Shown here: piece by piece, positions 58,552 through 64,000 of the stretch
Layout of the letters: each line of letters opens with the position of its first letter
Position numbering within the stretch: position 1 is the stretch's first letter
Assembly (NCBI GenBank): GCA_002690655.1
Contig: NZFL01000007.1
Span: 2,003 to 66,002 of the forward strand
Direction: 5' to 3'
Source of the DNA: Pedosphaera sp.
GTDB lineage: Bacteria > Verrucomicrobiota > Verrucomicrobiia > Limisphaerales > AAA164-E04
Length of the DNA: 64,000 bases
Notes under the pieces: generated by a model
Seen by the model: only the letters and a program-made list of their open reading frames with translations
Database searches by the model: none
What the model was told of the DNA's origin: nothing
Position numbers and translations under genes: made by a program

Positions 58552-59124
58552 ATGATTCTGCCCATCGTAAAATATGGACACCCGGCCCTGAGACAAAAAG
58601 GAGCAAGCATCGAAAAATTTGACGGCAAGCTGGAGACATTCGTCGACCATATGCTGGATACGATGTATGAGGCCGATGGTGTCGGACTAGCTGCCCAGCA
58701 AGTAGGCAAAGTACTTCAAATTACCGTGCTTGATGTTTCACATGCCGAGGACAGGCCTTCGACCATGACTGTTGATGGCAAAGAAGTGGAAATCAAAAAT
58801 TATATGCCTTTGGTGCTAATCAACCCGGAAGTCGAGCCGCTGAATGAAATGATCAAAGGACCTGAGGGATGTCTCAGCTTTCCCGAGATTTACGCGGATA
58901 TAGAGCGACCTGAATCCGTTGAAGTGAAAGCGCAGGACCACAAGGGAACGCATTTTACTTTTACCTGCGGCGGCTTGCTCGCTAAAGCGGTTCAACATGA
59001 GTTGGATCACCTGAAGGGAATCCTGTTCATTGACCGTATGGAACGAAAAGACAAAGACAAATGGAGAGCGGCTTTGGAAGCCATGCGAAGTGAGACTCAG
59101 CGAGAATTAAAAGCCGGTAAATAA
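58552..59124 (+). CDS. def: peptide deformylase
   Basis: It starts MILPIVKYGHPALRQKG and contains GVGLAAQQVG, EGCLSFPEI and QHELDHLKG. The start is set at ATG 58552; the track ORF begins at TTG 58510. Confidence 0.92.
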   Translation: MILPIVKYGHPALRQKGASIEKFDGKLETFVDHMLDTMYEADGVGLAAQQVGKVLQITVLDVSHAEDRPSTMTVDGKEVEIKNYMPLVLINPEVEPLNEMIKGPEGCLSFPEIYADIERPESVEVKAQDHKGTHFTFTCGGLLAKAVQHELDHLKGILFIDRMERKDKDKWRAALEAMRSETQRELKAGK

Positions 59125-59154
59125 AGAAGCCCCCATTTTAAAGGCAATCTCAGC

Positions 59155-60642
59155 TCAGATATATTGTTTCCTTAGATGCGAAGGAAGGATATTCAGCTCA
59201 TTCCGATACTTTGCTACAGTCCTGCGAGCGATTTTAATTTCTTTTTGTAACAGATTCTTGACGATTTGGTCATCTGACAAGGGCTTAGAGGGGGCTTCAG
59301 ATCGCACCATATCCTGAATAATGTCTTTTACAGTCGCATTGGAAACATCTGTGCCTGAGCTAGTTTGAATCCCTGAGGTAAAGAAAAATTTCATTTCAAA
59401 AATCCCCTGTGCACATTGAAGATATTTTCCAGAAACCGCACGACTTACGGTCGTTTCATGCACACCGACTTTCTCCGCAACCTGCATCATCGTCATTGGC
59501 TTCAGGTGTGCGATACCGTTATCGAAAAACTCATTCTGGCGGCGCACGATTTCTTTGGCAATATTGCTGATCGTTTGCTGCCTTTGATCGATACTCTTGA
59601 TGAGAAATTTCCCGGACCTGATTTTTTCCCTGATATACTCCTTTAAATCGGAAGCACTTCCAGTCTGCGATAATAGGTCCTTGTAGGTATTACTGATACG
59701 AATACGCGGGATGTGATCGTTGTTGGTGCTGACCACATACTCATCGCCAGTTTTGGTAATGAATACCTCAGGTGACACGTAAGTTTCCCCGTCATTGAGA
59801 TAGGCATTGCCCGGGCGCGGATTCAATCGACTGATATGCTCGGTGGCCTGAACAACATGCTCAAGTGAAACTCCCAAATCGCGAGCAATTTCAGGGAATT
59901 TACGCTTGCCTAGCAATTTGAAACAGCGATCCAAGATTCTGTATTCCAGAGTCATTTCCCGCTCAGCCCTTTCAAGCTGTAACATCAGGCACTCACGCAA
60001 GTCTATAGCCGCTACCCCAGCAGGTTCAAAAGTTTGAATCAATTCAAGAATTACCTGAATGGTTTCCTTGGGGGTATTGGTAGAAAAAACTAATTCGTCG
60101 ATGGACGCGTTGAGATAACCTTTTTCATCAATGTTTCCTATTAAGAGATCAGCAATTTGATGTTGATCCGGGCTCAGGTCAGAGAGTCTTACCTGTTCTC
60201 GAAGCGTTTCCTGCAGCGACGTCGTGGTGGTCAAGCTGTCAAACATGTGCTGACGGCGCTCATCGTCTTCTTTGGAATGCCTTTTGACTGGAAGTGCTGT
60301 TTCAGAAAAATAATCTCGCCACTCTTGATCAAGTTGGGAAAGTTTCTCAATCTGCGACTCCCATTCTTCGGAAGTATCTCTGGAATCATTGGAATCATCG
60401 GAATCAGAGAAACCCTCCCCTGCATCGTTGGAACTATCAGACTCGGTATCACTGGAGGAATCTTTGGATTTCAACTCCTGTTCGATCAGTTCTTCGAGAA
60501 CTGGATTCTGCTCTAACTCTTGGTTAACAAGGGCTTGCAACTCAAGCATTGGCGCTTGCAACAAGGCAAGTGACTGCTGAAGCTGTGGCGCCAACATCTG
60601 GGAAAGCGCCATCTTTTGAGATAGGAAAAGACCTTGTGCCAT
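59155..60642 (-). CDS. rpoN: RNA polymerase sigma-54 factor
   Basis: It has an N-terminal MAQGLFLSQKMALSQMLAPQLQQSLALLQ, an acidic region II, an HTH segment (MMQVAEKVGVHETTVSRAV) and the RpoN box (ARRTVAKYRNELNILPS). Confidence 0.92.
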   Translation of the reverse strand: MAQGLFLSQKMALSQMLAPQLQQSLALLQAPMLELQALVNQELEQNPVLEELIEQELKSKDSSSDTESDSSNDAGEGFSDSDDSNDSRDTSEEWESQIEKLSQLDQEWRDYFSETALPVKRHSKEDDERRQHMFDSLTTTTSLQETLREQVRLSDLSPDQHQIADLLIGNIDEKGYLNASIDELVFSTNTPKETIQVILELIQTFEPAGVAAIDLRECLMLQLERAEREMTLEYRILDRCFKLLGKRKFPEIARDLGVSLEHVVQATEHISRLNPRPGNAYLNDGETYVSPEVFITKTGDEYVVSTNNDHIPRIRISNTYKDLLSQTGSASDLKEYIREKIRSGKFLIKSIDQRQQTISNIAKEIVRRQNEFFDNGIAHLKPMTMMQVAEKVGVHETTVSRAVSGKYLQCAQGIFEMKFFFTSGIQTSSGTDVSNATVKDIIQDMVRSEAPSKPLSDDQIVKNLLQKEIKIARRTVAKYRNELNILPSHLRKQYI

Positions 60643-60653
60643 AAGCAAACAAC

Positions 60654-60682
60654 AATATACACCAAAAAGCGCAACCTTTCAA
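60654..60682 (-). promoter_or_regulatory. candidate sigma70-type promoter of rpoN (TTGAAA, 17-nt spacer, TATATT)
   Basis: The minus strand reads TTGAAAggttgcgctttttggtgTATATTgttgtttgcttATG. Only 11 nt separate the -10 hexamer from the rpoN ATG. Confidence 0.4.
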
Positions 60683-60778
60683 GCCAAAGCGGCATGAAGA
60701 TTGCTGCAGGAAATGTATCAAACAGCGTGAGACAAAAGCCAATAACTGATGGACAAGTGATTTTAAAACACTTTCAGG

Positions 60779-61270
60779 TCAAGATACCTTCTTGGTCACA
60801 GCTTTCTCGGCTTCTCTCTGAAGATTTGTAAAATTACCCTCTTCACAACAATGCACAAATCCTTCAGTGACTGACTTCAGCTGCTCCCACCTTTGGCGAA
60901 TACGGACAGCTTCAGGCGGGGTGATATGATTATCCCCTGCGGCAGAAGCAACGACGGATAATAAATCGGCAAATTCCTGCACTATCGTGTTCGTTGCCGG
61001 AATAAGGAAATCTGGATGGGCATGGGTGTTTTTGGGGTTATGAATGAAAAAGCCTCCTCCTTGTTCACAAACCCACTCCAGCAATCGCTTATCCTGAGTA
61101 CTATCAAGCAAATCTTTGAGACGATCCAATGGGTTGGGAGTGCCACTTCCCTTTTCGCCTTTGGGTTCAGCCCATTTGTAAATCATGGAAAGAGAGAGAC
61201 CCATATCTTCTGCGATTTGCTTGGGACTTCCTTCTTTGAACAAATCGCGAAGTAACTCATGTGATTGCAT
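60779..61270 (-). CDS. hypothetical HTH protein with phage CII (CP76)-like layout
   Basis: The 163-aa ORF has an N-terminal HTH-like segment (SPKQIAEDMGLSLSMIYKWAEPKG). Later it reads ...GDNHITPPEAVRIRQRWEQLK. The resemblance to phage CII-type regulators is from memory only. Confidence 0.5.
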   Translation of the reverse strand: MQSHELLRDLFKEGSPKQIAEDMGLSLSMIYKWAEPKGEKGSGTPNPLDRLKDLLDSTQDKRLLEWVCEQGGGFFIHNPKNTHAHPDFLIPATNTIVQEFADLLSVVASAAGDNHITPPEAVRIRQRWEQLKSVTEGFVHCCEEGNFTNLQREAEKAVTKKVS

Positions 61271-61312
61271 CAGAGAATTTTACGCTGCCAACCTTACAAA
61301 GGCAAGATAGAT

Positions 61313-64000
61313 TTACGGCATCGGCAGAAGATTTACCCGGTAAAACCTTGGAGAGAGCAGTCCACCGGTCAGCGAACCATCATCAACAAATTCAAATGAG
61401 TCTGTTTCAGAGGTGATTACCTGAGGAATGTCGTTCCATGGACCAAGTAATGAATTGGCGAAAGAAATCCGGTAAGCAAGTCCAGACATACCCGACCATC
61501 GAACTGTGATTTGACCGTTTGCGAAACTGACACTGTCGATATTGGCCGGCGCTGCTGCTCCTGGCTCTTTTCCTTCTTCACGGGGATTGCCTTCAAGAAC
61601 AGCAATGCGATAAAAAGCATGTTCAGCCGGCAAGTCTATGCAGTGGGTCAGACTGTTCCCATTGGATTCCAAAGTTTCAAGAACAGACCAGTTTCCAACT
61701 GAAATATCCGAAGTTGCCTCAACCTGATAAACCTCACCAGTTGTTGAGGACCAGGAAAGGCAGACCTGATCATCTGCCAATGACATGATGGGATCAATGT
61801 AACTCAATACAACGGGCTCCACAGGAACGCCGGGCTGCCCCGCAAGCTCTCCAATCCGGAAAAACTGATAAGTCGTTGGCAAACTGACGCAGAATTGCAT
61901 GTTGGCATCATTTGCAGTGATAACTTCCACTTGTTGCCAATCCAAACTAGTAACACCACGGTTGGCCTGAATTACGTAATCACTCCCTTCAGTGGCAGTC
62001 CACAGGAGGCAGATACGGTTTTGATTAAATTCAACTACAGGATCAATAAAAGCAGTGATGACCCGGTCACCGGGAAGCTGAGGATCGCCTCCGCCTGAGC
62101 GGATCCTGAAGAAACGGAACTTGGTGGGCAGCTGGACACAGTATCTTGTTTGATCTCCAGTGGCCTGCACTTGTTCAATCGCGGTCCACACGGAATCCTG
62201 AAGGCCGGTTCTAGCTTCAACGGTGAAGATATCACCTGCGTGCGAAGGCCATTCCAAGCAGATTTGCTTGTCTTCAATTTGCAGGATAGCGTCAATAAAT
62301 TCAACCGTATCAACCGGTGCCTCAATGTCTCCAGCAAGCACCCTCAGGAACCTGATTTCGGTTGGCAATTCTAAACAGTAAGCACTCTGATTGGCATCCG
62401 CAATGACAGTATCAATCACTACCCAGTCTCCGTCTCTCAAATCGACCAATCCTTCTATCTGATAGGTGCGTCCTGTTTCAGAATCCCAATCAAGACAGAT
62501 TTCATTATCACCCACATTTAGCACCACATCCACAAAAACCTCTTCCCTAGGAGGTGACACAAGATCACCCTCCACAATTCTGAAGAATCGATAAGGTGCA
62601 GGCAAATCAACACAATACTGTGTAATTTCACCGACAGCAGTGAGGGAACTCAAGTCGGTCCACGCCTCCTCTTCAAGATTAACTTTGGCCTGAACCACAT
62701 AAGATCGATTGACTTCAGTAGCCCAGTCCATGCATAGCTGATCTCCAACCAAAGCCAATACAGGATCAATAACGGGAAGCGCTGGAGGATCTTCGCCTTC
62801 AATGGGCTCGATACGGAAAAAGCGATAAGGTGTATCCAGCGCCAGGCAATATTGCATGTCACTGCGATCAGCAACAACTTCGTCAACATTATTCCATGCG
62901 ACTTCCAATAAACTCGTCCGGCCCTGAATACGATAACGGCTACCTGTCTCAGCATTCCAATTCAAACAGAGCTGATCACCTTGGACATCGACAACCGGAT
63001 CAATATAGTCCGAAGGTTTTTGGTTATCCAAACGGATCACTACGCGGAACAATTGATACTCAATCGGCAGGCCAAAACAGTACTCGGAATATACATCGCC
63101 GGCAATAATCGGTCCCGCCAAACCATCCCAAACCGGATCTTCTTCAAGAACTTTCCCCTCTACCCAGTAGCTTTGTCCGATCTCAGATTCCCAGGACACG
63201 CAGATCTCATCACCTAGGAAGATAATATCAACAGGCACGGCAATAATATTTGGGCTTTCATCCAATTTAGCGCTAGCCTTGATGCGATAATCCACCGCAG
63301 TTGTCTCACGATTGATGACCGCAAGATACCATCTCCCGGGAATCAATACTGGAGATGAATCCTGATTCAGCCGTATGACTTCATCCACATTGCCAGGGTT
63401 AACACTTGCAGTGTCGAATGCCGAGAGAACAGGTGGATCCCCAAATTTTAAGAGAAGATCCAAATTCCCATTTTGACCACCTTCAAGGTTGGAAAGAGTG
63501 AATGTCACATCAATGGTATCTTCATCCACGTCGAAATAGTAGATTTCAGGGATCGCTGGCGATCCGGGCTGATTACCCGAAATGGCGTTTGTGACCCAGA
63601 TTTCATTCTGCAAGGCTGTGGCGGGAACATCCACAGATTGGGAAGCCCTGACACGGTAGGTTACTTGGTCTTCTGCTTCACGATTAATGACACCAAGGAA
63701 CCATTCACCTCCGCTTAAAGCAACTGCAGTGCTGGCATTCAGAACAATCGTTTCCGTGATGGAATTATCACTGAAACTGAAATCATCGAGATCTGTTACA
63801 GTGGGCAGCTGATCCTTTCTCAGTATGAGGTCTACATTGGCTTCAGCGCCCCCTGCTATTGGATCCAGTGTAAATGTCACTTCCTCAGCAGCCGGGTCTA
63901 CTACAAATCGGTAGTAATTTATTTCCTGAGGGAAATCAGGCTGTTTGATCGCTACGGTGTTGGTTCTCCAAATATTGCTCTCCAGAGTGATGACCGGGGG
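61313..64000 (-). CDS. large secreted/surface repeat protein, 5'-truncated by the window edge (PPC-like modules followed by 7-8 tandem ~80-aa beta-sandwich-like modules)
   Basis: The reading frame stays open from 63880 to the window end; the track's first M is an internal GTG, i.e. Val. The upstream part repeats ...NIW.TN...Y..VD....V.FTL...G...N.DL.L.....P, resembling a pre-peptidase C-terminal domain. The C-terminal part repeats ICL.W....G..Y.V......W........YC..LP...FFRI. The protein ends ...SPRFYRVNLLPMP. Confidence 0.8.
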   Translation of the reverse strand, partial: PPVITLESNIWRTNTVAIKQPDFPQEINYYRFVVDPAAEEVTFTLDPIAGGAEANVDLILRKDQLPTVTDLDDFSFSDNSITETIVLNASTAVALSGGEWFLGVINREAEDQVTYRVRASQSVDVPATALQNEIWVTNAISGNQPGSPAIPEIYYFDVDEDTIDVTFTLSNLEGGQNGNLDLLLKFGDPPVLSAFDTASVNPGNVDEVIRLNQDSSPVLIPGRWYLAVINRETTAVDYRIKASAKLDESPNIIAVPVDIIFLGDEICVSWESEIGQSYWVEGKVLEEDPVWDGLAGPIIAGDVYSEYCFGLPIEYQLFRVVIRLDNQKPSDYIDPVVDVQGDQLCLNWNAETGSRYRIQGRTSLLEVAWNNVDEVVADRSDMQYCLALDTPYRFFRIEPIEGEDPPALPVIDPVLALVGDQLCMDWATEVNRSYVVQAKVNLEEEAWTDLSSLTAVGEITQYCVDLPAPYRFFRIVEGDLVSPPREEVFVDVVLNVGDNEICLDWDSETGRTYQIEGLVDLRDGDWVVIDTVIADANQSAYCLELPTEIRFLRVLAGDIEAPVDTVEFIDAILQIEDKQICLEWPSHAGDIFTVEARTGLQDSVWTAIEQVQATGDQTRYCVQLPTKFRFFRIRSGGGDPQLPGDRVITAFIDPVVEFNQNRICLLWTATEGSDYVIQANRGVTSLDWQQVEVITANDANMQFCVSLPTTYQFFRIGELAGQPGVPVEPVVLSYIDPIMSLADDQVCLSWSSTTGEVYQVEATSDISVGNWSVLETLESNGNSLTHCIDLPAEHAFYRIAVLEGNPREEGKEPGAAAPANIDSVSFANGQITVRWSGMSGLAYRISFANSLLGPWNDIPQVITSETDSFEFVDDGSLTGGLLSPRFYRVNLLPMP
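61334..63232 (-). repeat. in-frame tandem array of 8 diverged ~234-252-bp (78-84 aa) coding repeats
   Basis: Units span about aa 217-283, 293-357, 371-435, 449-514, 529-593, 611-676, 695-759 and 781-849 of the track ORF. Cys pairs occur at 227/268, 305/344, 383/423, 462/502, 541/581, 624/664 and 707/747. The last unit has no Cys. Confidence 0.8.

Noticed and set aside
60382-60408. A 9-bp triplet repeat, ggaatcatt/ggaatcatc/ggaatcaga, lies inside rpoN.
   Set aside because: It encodes part of the acidic Ser/Asp-rich region II of sigma-54 (…SDSDDSNDS…), where low-complexity repeats are normal. It is not a separate element.
1-64000. I searched for CRISPR arrays, transposases/IS elements, integrases, reverse transcriptases (retron, DGR, group II intron), prophage genes and known defence or toxin-antitoxin modules.
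   Set aside because: No regularly spaced short direct repeats were seen. No ORF translation shows DDE/HUH transposase, tyrosine or serine recombinase, RT (YxDD), restriction-modification, Cas or typical toxin motifs. The tRNA-Ser at 23716-23806 has no integrase or island next to it.

Overview
This window looks like a densely packed, mostly core chromosomal segment of a PVC-superphylum bacterium, most likely Verrucomicrobiota. The taxon inference rests on four prepilin-like proteins with the leader [29 protein letters not shown], a PSCyt/DUF1549-DUF1553 plus DUF1501 pair, a PVC-type heme-binding CxxCH dehydrogenase, a ThuA protein, DUF6807/PmoA-family proteins and a sulfatase. I call about 55 protein genes and one tRNA-Ser(CGA). 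Recognisable housekeeping genes are lpxI, ispH, ftsK, two cyclophilins, a 2-Cys peroxiredoxin, parE/parC-type topoisomerase, parB, lgt, rluD, def and rpoN. I saw no transposase, integrase, reverse transcriptase, CRISPR array or recognisable defence or toxin-antitoxin system, so I cannot point to a clear-cut new system. The stretches most worth a second look are: (1) a 5'-truncated giant surface protein (61313-64000) with 7-8 tandem ~80-aa modules carrying a conserved Cys pair and an FFRI/FYRV ending; (2) a cluster of a heme-binding dehydrogenase, two DUF6807 proteins and a Tat-exported Gfo/Idh/MocA oxidoreductase (49614-56706); (3) a promoter plus intrinsic terminator bracketing an ATG-free stretch of about 175 nt upstream of def (candidate sRNA or attenuator); (4) a cluster of prepilin-like paralogs with a gene fragment; (5) an ORF-poor, AT-rich gap of about 0.9 kb (27730-28642); (6) a sulfatase with a non-canonical C-S-V-A-R active-site motif. 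All family assignments come from recognising motifs by eye in the supplied translations. No database search, HMM scan or folding calculation was run. Many start codons are uncertain, because the ORF track reports the longest ORF and includes GTG/TTG starts.
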